The notes under the pieces: generated by a model | Told to the model about the DNA's origin: nothing | Seen by the model: only the letters and a program-made list of their open reading frames with translations | Database searches by the model: none | Origin: Balamuthia mandrillaris | Lineage: Eukaryota | Reading direction: 5' to 3' | Assembly: GCA_031835245.2 (NCBI GenBank) | Contig: JAVKOQ020000019.1 | Span: 124,001-188,000 of the forward strand | DNA: 64,000 nt | Part shown: piece by piece, positions 23,397 through 34,597 of the stretch | Numbering within the stretch: the first letter of the stretch is position 1 | Layout: each line of letters starts with the position of its first letter | Made by a program: the position numbers and the translations under genes

Positions 23397-25624
23397 TCCT
23401 TCTTTGACGGTGTTCTGTTTCTTTGCTGACTTGATAAACAACCGTAATACAGGAGTTACTGAGCACAAGGTTCTGCGAAGGGGTGATGGGTTTGACAAAG
23501 GCAGAAGACTTGACCGAAGATATCCTTTCTCTGCTCAGCACAAAGCAACTTGCTGACATTGTTCGCATCGCAAAGAGACACAGCGCATCGGATGGCATCT
23601 TCAACAAAATCACAAGGAGAAAGAAAGGAGAATTGGAGCAAAAGGAAGATGACGGACAGGAAGAACAGGAGGAAGAAGATAAAGCACACAACTCAAACAA
23701 CCACAGGCGACGAAAGAGGAGTGAAAGAAAAAACCTTGTTGCAACGTTGATGGATCACGCCAACAAAAAACAACGACAGCGAACATTGAGCGGAGGCAAC
23801 GCCATCGCCACTTTAGTGGAGCGAGCGTTACGTTCTTCCTCAACAAAGCAGCAGCAACGCAAAAAAGAAAGCGATACGAAACGAAAACATGAAGAAACAA
23901 CCAATACAAGAACGGTGCTGATGAAGCAAAGCAGCAATGCCAAAGAGAAAGAAGATAATGCACTGTTTTCTTCGTTGTTGTGTCTAAGGATAGGCCAGCG
24001 TTCTCTTCAACTGTTTCACCGAATTCATCGCCTGTTCTTTCTTTACGACTCTCACAACATGACTCTTCTTCTGTTAGTGGACATGCAGCGATTCCGTTTT
24101 CCCAAGTATAAGTGGAGAGGCAGTGACGTAGATAGCTTCAATTCTCCTCAAAGACGTAACTCGCTTTCTTCGACCTCAGTCTCTTCTTGTTCATCTTGTT
24201 CATCTTATTCTTCTTCATCTTCTTCTTCTTCCTCTTCCTCTTTCTCTTCCTCTTCCTCTTCCTCTTCCTCTTCCTCTTCATTCAAAGCACGAGAATCAGA
24301 AACTGCAAAAGAGGAAGAGATTATTTTTCTGACAAGAGCAGACAATTTGGAGTATGAAGAAGCGCTTTGTAAGGAAAGAGAGGTGGATGCCATTTTGACC
24401 AGACTCAAAAATCACAAACAGCTGCAACAAGCCTTCTCTAGTTTTATGACCGCTTCGAAGAACAAGCATGCACAAAACATCAAGAACAAGAACGAGGAAC
24501 TCTATTTTGAGTTTGCTCGATTGAGAGCCATCACGGAAGAGGCTGGCAAATGGTTATTGGAACACCGTTCGCAACCGGAAAGAGATCCATTCAAAGTTTT
24601 GATCGAGAGAAGAAAGAAGGAAATGGAAGGAAGGACTAGTCTGGATGGTGATGATGAATCAACAACCGAAGAAGGAGAGGACGAATGGGATGCAAACAAA
24701 GCCAAGAAGAAACACGAGAATAATATCAAACAAGAAGAAGGACAAGAAGAAAAGAAAGAAGAAATTGAACCGAATTGGATTATTCCGGGAGTGAAAGTCA
24801 AACCTGAGAAACGCGAAGAAGACGAAGAGGAAAAAGCAAGAGCAGAAAAAGCAACAGCAGAAGCAAAAGCAGAAAAAGAGCGAGAAGAACGAGAGAAACA
24901 GAAAAAGAAGAAAAGTAAGAAAGACAAAAAACGGAAGCGACGGTCTTCTACATCGCTTCATTTCCCGAGCTTACGAGACGACTGGCAAACAATGATGACA
25001 GATAAACAACTTAAAGATAACAAAAATGCAAAAGTGGAGAAACAGAACACTGACTCTTGTTCCAAAGGAGCTTCGTCTGCTTCTTCTTCTCAAACCGCAA
25101 TCAAATTGAAACTAAAAACAGAAGCAAAAGAAGAAAAAGAGGACAAAACGAAAATAAAACCAATTGACAACAACAGCGAACAAAGCAACATTACCTTCAC
25201 CCGTCGTCCAAAACGACGTAACCAAAGTTGGCCGTTTGACAATCATCAACAATCCAAACATAAAAAACCCAAAACCGACACCTCAATAGAATGCCGTTCT
25301 TCAAACTCTAGCAACAAAGCCGCAAACAACGACGAGAAAAAACAACAGAGAAGCAGAAACGGTTTCGTCGCACGCTTCAGCAAAGCATGGATTTACGCCC
25401 GCATTCTCTCTCACACCATTCCCATTCTCTGCGAACGAACTAAACATCACTTTCACGCTCGCTGCTACTACCGTCTTCTGTTGAGCACCGACTGTTGGCC
25501 AGGAAGACGTGGCCGGTGGTTGATTCGCCTCATCACCAACTTGATTCATGACGGAAGTAAAGACGCCGCACTAACTATTGCTGAGCAAGCGTTAGCTGAA
25601 GACGATATTGCGCGTTCTTCTTCT

Positions 25625-25656
<32 letters not shown>

Positions 25657-27235
25657 TGCATTCGTCACAAATGAAGAATACGAAAAGAAAAAGAACTTGT
25701 TACATAGCGGAGATAGGTTGAAGCTGCAACGAAAAGTGTTAGAGTTGGCGGTACCGCCTCGCCGTTGGAAGAAGCCCAAGTTCGAGTGGATGCCGCAAAA
25801 GCCAAACACAGTCTTCATTCGTGGTGCTCAGCTTTACAAAGATGGAGAGACCGGCAAAAAGAACTTATTCAGGCATCTGGTCAATGAAGAAGAAGACAAA
25901 CGAGGATGGAAGAAAATTCGAATGTGGAATTCATCATCGCCAGCACAAAGAGAAAAAGATGAAGATGAAGATGAAGAAAATGAAGATGGACAAGAAAATG
26001 GAGATGAGGAAGAAACACGATTTCAACTACAACAAAAAAAGTTGAGAGAGAAAGCGACAGCCCTATCGCAAAGTGTTGTGGAGACTAACACGTACGAAGA
26101 CAGCGATAGCGACGGTGATGATGCCATTTCTTTTTTATTCGTTCCCAACGATGAAGACTTGTCTCAGTGGCTCGACGACAGTGAACAATTTGCCGATCCC
26201 AACGAAAATGAAGAAGCACAAAAATCCAGCCAAGCAACGAAAGACGAAAACAACAGCACCAAAAAGACAAATAAGATAAAACAAGAAGAAGAAGGCAAAA
26301 AGATGAAGGCAACGAACGAAAAAAAAGCAGAGAACAAGGAAAAGGACGAAGAAGAAGAAGCAAAAGAAAAGACGGATGAATCGAATGAGCCATTTTGTAC
26401 AGTGGAAGAATTGGCGTTGCAGCATTACTACTACAGAGAGGGTGGATGGGTTGGCACTCACAGCGAAGGCGCCGTCTTTCGCACTCTGTTTGGTGTCATG
26501 ATGTGGGACGTTCTCTTCTCTCCCGTTCCTGCCGTCTTTCAAACTCCGTTTCAACGTATTCCCTTCTCTCCTTCTCTCCTCTCTTCTGTTCTCTCATTCC
26601 TCTTTTCTCTTCTTTCTATTTTTATGCGATTAGCCGCACCGCTGGACCTAATGACAGATTCGTTTTATGAGAACCGTCGTCCTCTCATCGATGACTATTT
26701 GAGATGCATGGCCAGCATGTCTCCTGCCGAACTCTCTTGTCTCTTTGAGCAATCCTGGAACGAACATTATGGTTCGCTATCGTCTCCTTCTCCTTGCTGA
26801 AATATGCATAACATGTTCTTTTAAAACGCACAACAGGGATACGGTGTGTTGGAGTAACATGGGACTTTGATGTACGGGTGCTTTCAACGGTGGTCAAGTG
26901 CTTAGGAGGCAAAGCATTGGCCCATGTTTTCCGTTTGTTTTGTGAAGACTACAAAGGATGGGGCAAAGGCCTTCCTGATCTGCTTCTATGGAAGGAAGAA
27001 GGTTTCGTTCATTCATCATTCTTCTTTCTCCTTTCTGCTTTCTCCTGTTCATTCCTCTTTCTGCTTTTTTTTTAATGTTTCAGAGATGAGAGCAAAACTG
27101 GTGGAAGTAAAAGGACCAAGAGACCGTCTCTCAGAGCATCAATGCACTTGGATCGACCAACTGCTCATCGGCGGCATCGACGTCGAAGTCTGTCGCGTTG
27201 TACTTGCTTCTTCTCATCCGAACAATAAAAAATAA
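22591..27235 (+). CDS. FAN1: Fanconi-associated nuclease 1 (VRR-NUC domain), multi-exon
   Basis: PYYLKNF..LSPLAQRLYVRLFQRKGPWF; TVEELALQHY..GWVGTHSEG..FRTLFGVMMWDVLF; GLPDLLLW; LVEVKGPRDRLSEHQCTW (PD-(D/E)xK VRR-NUC). Confidence 0.92.
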
Positions 27236-27303
27236 AGAGGGATAAACAAGAAAGGAGGGAAGGGAGTAAAGCCTTTCAAAAAAGAGAGAGTGAAGGAGTG
27301 TTG

Positions 27304-28634
27304 TTATTGTTCCGGTTTGTTGTTCGCCGCAGCCGCGGCAAGGGCCAGCGTCACCTTTCTCCGTATCTCCTTGGCCAAAGCGGGGCAGTCCCGCTCGATG
27401 CGTTGCAATTCTGTCGACGCTTGGTGTCGTGACGTCAGCTCCTCGAAATTCCGCACGATATACCCGATCGTGCAACCTCGTAGATCGGGCGCTCGGAACT
27501 GGTCCGCGTGGAGTAATAGGTTGAGGGCGTTGTCCATGTCGACGTATCTCATGATCTTCTGCTCGCAGAGGTACTTGAGGTGCTCCAGCTGGTACTGGTT
27601 GGCCAGCCCCAGCAGCTCCACCAGCATGTGCGGGCTGGCCCTCATCTCCCCTGGTCGTGGCAGCGTGGAGCGGTGGTGGTGGTGGTGGTGGTTGGAAAGG
27701 AAAGGACAGGAAAGAAATTAGAGACTGTCGTAAAACAAGTTAAAAGAGAGGAGAAGGAGAAAGGAGAAGGAGAAAAGAGGAGGATAGAGAAGGAGAAAAG
27801 AGAAAGAGAAACGACGAAAGAGAAAGAGAAAGAGAAGGAGAAAGAGAGAGAAAAAAAAGAAGAAATTAAAAAATAAACCTGTATACAGATACTCGAGCAT
27901 GGCGTAGAAAATGTCGTACGAAACGGTGTCCACCACGATGACGCCGCAGTTGCTCTCTTTCATGCCAGAGTTGAGCATTGCTCGAAAAGTGGTGCAACGG
28001 AAAGCGAGAATGTTTTTGTGGGCGTGAATGACCTTGTCCCCGCCGCCACCACTTTGTTTGTTGGGAAAAACGAAGCAGATGTCGCTGAGGAGAGGGTCAT
28101 CCAAGAGACTGCCAAAGTCTTCAACGATTGTGTCTGGTATTCTTCCATACTCCAAATCTATGTGCGTCTTATAAGAAGGAAAGAGAAAGAAAGGAAGGAG
28201 GGAGAAGAAGCAGAAAGGAAGGAGGAAGAAAGAAGGAGGAAGAAAGAAAGCAGGGCATACCGAGCGGACACTTGAGCAACTCGTTGAAGCTAAAGTGAAA
28301 GACGTTCCTCCCTCCGAATATGTACATATTGCCGTCATGAACAGCCGCCGAGTGAAAAGCTCTGTCAGTAATACCTCCGTTATTCAAACGTCGCCAAGTA
28401 CTCGTCTCTGTTTCGTTGCGTGAGTAAAGCAAGTACAGAGAAAATATCAACAAAACGAACCAAAACAAAAGTCATAAAAATCATCCAAAGTGCCAACAGC
28501 GTCTCTGCCACCAAAAATGTACATTCTTCCGTTGTAGACAACTGCTGTATGACCCCATCGCGGCCGTGGAATCGGACCCTTCGTATTCACCAAAGACCAT
28601 GTCTCCGTTCCTTTAGATTGTTTATTTTAGCGTC

Positions 28635-28676
<42 letters not shown>

Positions 28677-30552
28677 GGGGGGGGGGAGAGGGGGGAGAAT
28701 GAAAGGGTGCAGATATTGGACGAGAAAAACAAGAGGGTCAAGAAGGAGTTGCACAAAAAGAAGAACGAAGAAGAACGAAAAGGAGGAGGGAGAGGGGGAG
28801 AGAGGGGAGAGAGGGAGAGGGAGGAGGAGGAGGAGGAGGAAGGGGGGGGGGGGGGGGAGGGAGAGAGGGAGAGAGGAGGAGGAGGAGGAGGAGAAAAGGG
28901 ATGGAGGGAAGAAAAACTTAAAAACACAAATGAAAAAAAAAACAAACCAAAACGATACTCAATAAGTTCGTTAAAACACTTGTATCCTCCAAACAGGTAC
29001 ATTGACCCCTGGTAAACTACCGCCGAATGCAGGTAACGATCTTTCGGCCAAATGCCTTTTGTCTTGAGCTTTCTCCAAGTGATCGTCGCAAAGTTGAATG
29101 CGTACAAGTCGTTGCACTCCAATCCGTCCTTGTCGTAGCCCCCAAAGATGTACATGCTGTTCTCATAGACTACTGCAGAGTGACCGTAGCGAGGACTTGG
29201 TCCTTTGTTTGCTGCTTTTATTTGTTTCCATTCTTGACTTTCTGTGGGAAAAGAAAAGAAAAACGGGTTAAAGAGAAGGAAAGAAGAGAAGAACGAGAGA
29301 CCAAGGAAACTAGAAAAGAGAAGGGATACCGAGATGAAAACGGAAAAGATCGTTATAATATCCATTGCTCGTTCCTCCGAAAATATACATGCAACCGTCG
29401 TGGAGTACAGCGCTGTGAAAATGGCGACCATGCGGCAGTCCGGTCCCTTTGTACTTTGACCAATCATTACTCTCTTTTGTGGATATCATAAATAACAAGA
29501 GTAAGTGGTTGAAGAAAACAAAGAGAAGAGGAGAAAGAACCGATGTTGTAGTAATAAAGGCCGGTGCAGAACTTTCCTTCGTTGTTGCATCCCCCAAAAA
29601 CAAACATAACGCCGCCGCCATGTTCATCCAACACCATACTGTGTCCGTAACACTCTTCTGGCACTTCTTTCCGCCACCGGCTTTCTTCTTCTGCTTGTTT
29701 TCCTTCGTTCTCATCCTGTTTCGTTGTCGCTTTAACTTTGTCTTCATTTTCTTCTCTTTCTGCCTCTGCATCATCCTGTTGTTGTTGAGGTCGTAACAAT
29801 CGAAACGGTCCTTCTTGCAATCGTTTGGCCAACCGAACTTCGCTTTCAGCGAGAATGGTAGTTGCGGTAGATGGACGAGCTTTCACTTTGGTCAACACTT
29901 CTTTCTTATTGCTGGAAGAAGAAGCAGAAGAAGACGATGGAGGAGAAGAAGAAGTGGAATCGTGTTTTCGAGGTTTAAAGGCTGATTTGCTTTTTTTCTT
30001 TTTCTTCTCAGTTTTGTCTTTCTTTCTAGCTCGTGGCGTTAATGTCTCACGTCCCCTTGACTCTATTTCTTCGAGCATTTGTTTTCGTTGTGTATCAATA
30101 AGTGGAGTGTCTGTTGTTGGTTCTTGTTTTGGTTCTACTTTTTCTTGTTGTGACTGTTGTTCTTTACCTTGTCCCTCTTGTTCTGTCTCTTTGTCTTTGT
30201 CTTTTTCCTGTTCTTTTTCTTTATCGCTCACTTTATTGTCCTGCTTAACGTTCCCTTTCTCCTTCTCTTCTTCGGTTTTCTTCGCTCTCCGCTCAAACGT
30301 TGAACGCGTTGCTGTCGACTCTGCCGAACTAAACATTGCTAATATAGAAGCAAATGAAGGTGATGCTGAAGCTGAAGAGGTAGAAGAATGTGATGACGAT
30401 GACGAAGGCGACGTTGGAGCATAACAATTAGAGGAGGCAGAAGAAGATGGAGTTGAAGCATAGGGAGGCAATGAAAGAGAAGCAGCGCAAGGAAGCTGTT
30501 GCGACGAGCTGGAGCGTTTCTTGGTAAAGACATGCGGCGAGGAATGTTGCAT
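27304..30552 (-). CDS. Kelch-repeat + BTB/POZ protein (LZTR1-like)
   Basis: About six Kelch repeats (RHFHSAV..MYIFGG; PRYGHSAV..MYIFGG; RYLHSAV..MYLFGG; RWGHTAV..MYIFGG; RAFHSAA..MYIFGG). BTB: SDICFV..IHAHKNILAFRC..F.AMLEYLYTG, then LLGLANQYQLEHLK.LCE. Start uncertain. Confidence 0.85.
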
Positions 30553-31609
30553 GTTGTGATGCCTGATATGCTGCCCAAAACTCTCGCTGCTGTTGCTTTT
30601 CTTGTGCTGCTGACGGTGAGGATGAGGAGGATAAAGAGTCCCTTTCTGCTCTGGGAGATCGAGGCGAAGGGCTACAGCATCCGTCGGGTTGCTAGTGGTG
30701 CTTTCATCTTCGAACCGTTCTTCTTTGGAAGCAATTCCGCCTCTTGTTTCTTGGTGAGAGAAAAAGTCGAAGAGGAGAAAGCATGTAAGAAGAGGAGGAG
30801 AAAAGGGAACGGAAGAAGAGAAGAGAGAAAGAGCGAACGTGAGAACAAGAAGAGTAGAGAGAAAGAGAAGAGAGAAGGAAGAAAAAAAGAGTAGAAAAAA
30901 AAGTAGTGAGAAGAATAAAGAAGAGGAGAGAGAGAGAGAGAGTGCGAGAGAGAGGGGAGGGAGAGAGAAGCAGAGGAAAGAGAAGAAGCGAAAAAGAGAA
31001 GCGAGTAGCAGCGATGAGTAAATGAGTAGCGAGGCTTTTTTTAAAAACCTGGACGTTCTATGCTGGTGGGGTCCAATGTCCTTGGTAGCCTGCCAGTTGC
31101 ACCAACAGGGAACACCTCCATGCAAAAAAAAGCAGAATGATGATACTGGTGAGACGGGACGGGACACAAAACACACGCGGCGGGGCAACAGGCCCTCCCC
31201 AACAACAACAACAATTTATTGCCACAGCTCCTTTGCTAAGGCGGCGCCAAGATCAAGCCTTCTTCTCTTTTCACTACTTTTTTTCTTCGTCGTATTTCAT
31301 TTATCCGTTCATCCGCAAAGCGTCCATCCGCAATGGCGGAAGACCGCTGGACGGCTTTGCCAGTAGGGACAGATGTAGCATTCACAAATTCCTGGAAGTC
31401 CCATCATTCCTTCTAATTCCCGTGACGACCTGAATAAGCAGCAGATTAAAAAAAAAAAGAAAGTAAAGCACACAAGAAACGAAAAGGTTCGTTGTGGTTG
31501 ATTGATTGATGCTTTGAACCCCCTCCCAACTTTTTATTTTTTTGTTTGCTTTTGTCGGAATGATGCCTAAGGCGACTTCTCACTGACATGTGTGTGTACA
31601 ACAGAAAAA

Positions 31610-31789
31610 ATGATCTTGCACAAGTTCTTCAAGAAGTTTCGCACGGAGGAAGAGGACCTGGCTTTCATGGAAGAGGCCTTTTGGAAGTGGTGCGGCTTCG
31701 TCTCCGTTTGCGTGATCATGACCGTCATTGCAAAACAAAACGCCCCACCCACCAACAGCTTTGGAACCAGTCGTACACTCCAACTTTGA
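31610..31789 (+). CDS. Putative 59-aa single-pass membrane microprotein
   Basis: MILHKFFKKFRTEEEDLAFMEEAFWKWCGFVSVCVIMTVIAKQN...; GC3-rich codons like the neighbouring genes, one hydrophobic stretch, upstream promoter-like motif at 31421-31437. Confidence 0.5.
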   Translation: MILHKFFKKFRTEEEDLAFMEEAFWKWCGFVSVCVIMTVIAKQNAPPTNSFGTSRTLQL

Positions 31790-31869
31790 GAGAGAAAAAA
31801 AAGTCGGCTTTGTTTACAAAATGATGCAATGCTTTTCGCTGTACAGGATGCCTTTTTTCTTTGTCGGGA

Positions 31870-32946
31870 TTACTTTTGCTTGTGGCTTCCACTTGCCTTC
31901 CTCTGCTTCTTCCTTGCAGTCGCTTCTTCTTCCTTCGTTTCCTCTTTCTCTTCCTCCTCCTCTTCTCCTTCTTCCTTGTCCTTATTCTTTTTTTCTTCTT
32001 CCACATTTTCACCGGTTTCTTTCTCCTCCTCTCGTTTTCTCTTGTTGTTGGTCGGCCTTTCTTCTCGTTCTTCTTCCTCTTCTTCTTCTTCTTTCGGCTC
32101 CGCCTTCACCCTTTGGAAGAACAGCTTTTCCTTTCCTTTTCCTTTTCCCTCTTCCTCTTTCTTTGCTTCTTCTCCTTTCTTTGCCTCCTCCTCCTTCTTT
32201 GCTTTCGGTTGTTGTTTCAGCGTTGGGAAGAAGGACTGAATGCCTCTGGTCCTGGAAAAGTGTTGCAGGCTTTCCAAACACTTGGGAGAATCGTTTCTCG
32301 GGTTGTTCACAAAGGTGGTGACCTCATCAGCCACCAAGCTGCTTTTGCTGTCTTCCTCCTCTTTCTTGGGGCCAATGACTCTCATGAAGTACAGCGAGGG
32401 ATCATCCTTGTTGACTCGCAGCCACGTCTCTCGCTCTGCTTCGGTCTCCAGTATCATGGGCTGTTGTTGTTTTGCTAGAGTCTAAGAAAGAAGTACTATA
32501 TAGAGCAGAAAAGAGGTGGCAGACTACTGTACCATTCTGTCATGAATGTGTTGAATCCCAGCGTGAGGCTGAGTGGTGATGACGGTGTAAGTGTAGAGCT
32601 TCTCTTTGGTGGTTGGGTCGGTCCAGCAGTCCCACAGGCCGGCAAACGTCATCAGCTGGTCGGTGTCCTTGTGGTGGATGAAGAAAGGGTGTTTCTGGCC
32701 GCCAGAGGTTTGCTGCCACTCAAAGTAGCCATTGGCCAGGACCAGGCAGCGCTTGTCCTTCAACAGGCGCTTCCACATGCTGTGCGTGGTGAGATGGTCG
32801 TCGCGGGCGTTGATGGTGCGCAGGTGTTGCTGGTCGTCTCCCTTCTTGCTCCAAGAGGGGACGAGACCCCATCTCATCATTTTGATAATGGGACCTTTTG
32901 AAGAAGGAAAAAAAAAGGAAGAAAGAGAGTCAGAAGGGGAAGGAGA

Positions 32947-32995
<49 letters not shown>

Positions 32996-33175
32996 AGAGA
33001 AGCTGCATAAAAAACAAGTACATTGGCCTTCCTCATCCCAAATGAGGACCGGTTGGAAGGTGTGCGGGGAGACATTGTAGGACGGGCGATACTTTCCCTG
33101 CTCCTCAAAGCTCTTGGCTCCCGTTTGTGCCTGGATTTCTTCCGGTGCCAACGTGCAAGCCGTTCGTCCACACAT
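31870..33175 (-). CDS. HMCES: SRAP-domain abasic-site processing protein (HMCES/YedK family)
   Basis: Starts MCGR (catalytic Cys2). SYNVSP; MRWGLVPSW; TINAR; RCLVLANGYFEW; FAGLWD; IHDRM|PMIL; VNNPRND. Confidence 0.93.
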
Positions 33176-33504
33176 TTGTTTGTTTGTTTTTCGTTCACTG
33201 TATGTGCTCACGCTGCCGCTGTGAGGCTTTGCTACTGTCTTTTTATTGACCGTTACGCCGAAAATATTCTTGGAAGGATTTTAGACAGAAAAATGTCTAC
33301 AAAATTTATACCGAACTCTCAATATTGCTGTGTCGTCACGAAACGGACTAGAGAGAGGAGACAAGACGAGAGAGTAGAGAGAAAATAAGAGAGGAGAGAG
33401 GCGAGAGACGAGAGACGAGAGAGAAGAGAGAGGAGAAGAGAGAGGAGAAGCGAAGAGAGGAGAGAGAGAGAGACGAGAGAGAGAGAGAGATGAGAGAAGA
33501 GGAG

Positions 33505-34476
33505 ATGGAAGCAGCAGAGGGCATGGGGAGGGGTTTGTACGGCGTGGCCATGGGAGGGGCTGGGCTCGTGGGCGTGTTGCAAGCTTTGGTGGTGTTGGTC
33601 ATGCTGCTCATCCCTTACTCGCCGCAGAGCAAACAAGTCTTTATGACTCTCAGAAAGAGGTACTTGGAAGGAGGAGGACCACTGTTTTATTTTTTCTGAA
33701 CCCTTCATCTCTTTGTATGTGCCATCGTATAATTTTGGTTTGTTGTGGTCAGTTAGTCATCCGGCGGCCTTACGGCACGTAGGCTCCGCTCTGAAGGTTC
33801 TGTTTGTGGTGCTACTGCTCTTCACATTAGGCAAGCCTCCTGTCTCGTCGTTCTTCCTCTCCTTTCTCTCTCTTTGATTTTTTTAACTCTGTCCACCAAC
33901 CAGGCAGCCTTGGTCATTTTCGGACATCCCGCGAAGCCGCTTTGATTTTCGGCTTCGCTCTCTTCAGCCTCATGTACCCCCCTTTCTTTTTCTTCTTGCT
34001 TTCTCGCTGCTCTCCTCTCTCTTCTCTTCGTCGTTCTCATCTTCTCTTCTCTTCATCGTTCTCCTCTCTCTTTCCTTCTCTTCTCTTAATCGTTCTCTTC
34101 TCTCTCTGTCTTGCACAAACACCGCAGCGTGATGACGGGCATCTACCACCAACTGCACCGCAGCATCCGCCTCGAACACAAACTCTCCCGCCAACGTATC
34201 TCCCTGCAAAGAACCACGGCGCAGGCCCTCACCCAAGAGCGCGCCCTGGCGCAGCTCCGCCTCTCCCTCCAACAGCACGAACAAACGGCAAGGAACCAGC
34301 AGCAAGAAGCCTCGCGGGCAACCAAGTCCTCGGAGGCGGTCGTGCGGCAGGCGCAGGCGCAGCAGAGGGAGTATTTGCGGTTGTGGGAGGAGAAGGAGCA
34401 GTTGCAGCGGCAGTTGGATCGGTTGATTCTGGAGCAGAGTGAGAGGAAGGATGGCAGAGCAAAGAAGAATGATTGA
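33505..34476 (+). CDS. BAP29/BAP31-like ER membrane protein
   Basis: Three hydrophobic segments (LVVLVMLLIPY; VLFVVLLLFTL; AALIFGFALFSLIV), coiled coil EAVVRQAQAQQREYLRLWEEKEQLQ, C-terminal KKND (KKxx ER-retrieval). Four exons. Confidence 0.75.
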
Positions 34477-34597
34477 AAGGAAGAGAAGAAAGAGAAATGT
34501 TGAAAGCAGTTGCTCGTAGTACTACAAAAGTATGAATGAAAGTAACAAAAACATGAAAAAAATAAAACGAAGAGAAGAAAAGGAAACCTCCTCTGCC

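Noticed and set aside
10938..27235. Functional link between myotubularin and FAN1 (alias MTMR15)
   Set aside because: The alias is historical; FAN1 is a nuclease with no myotubularin domain.
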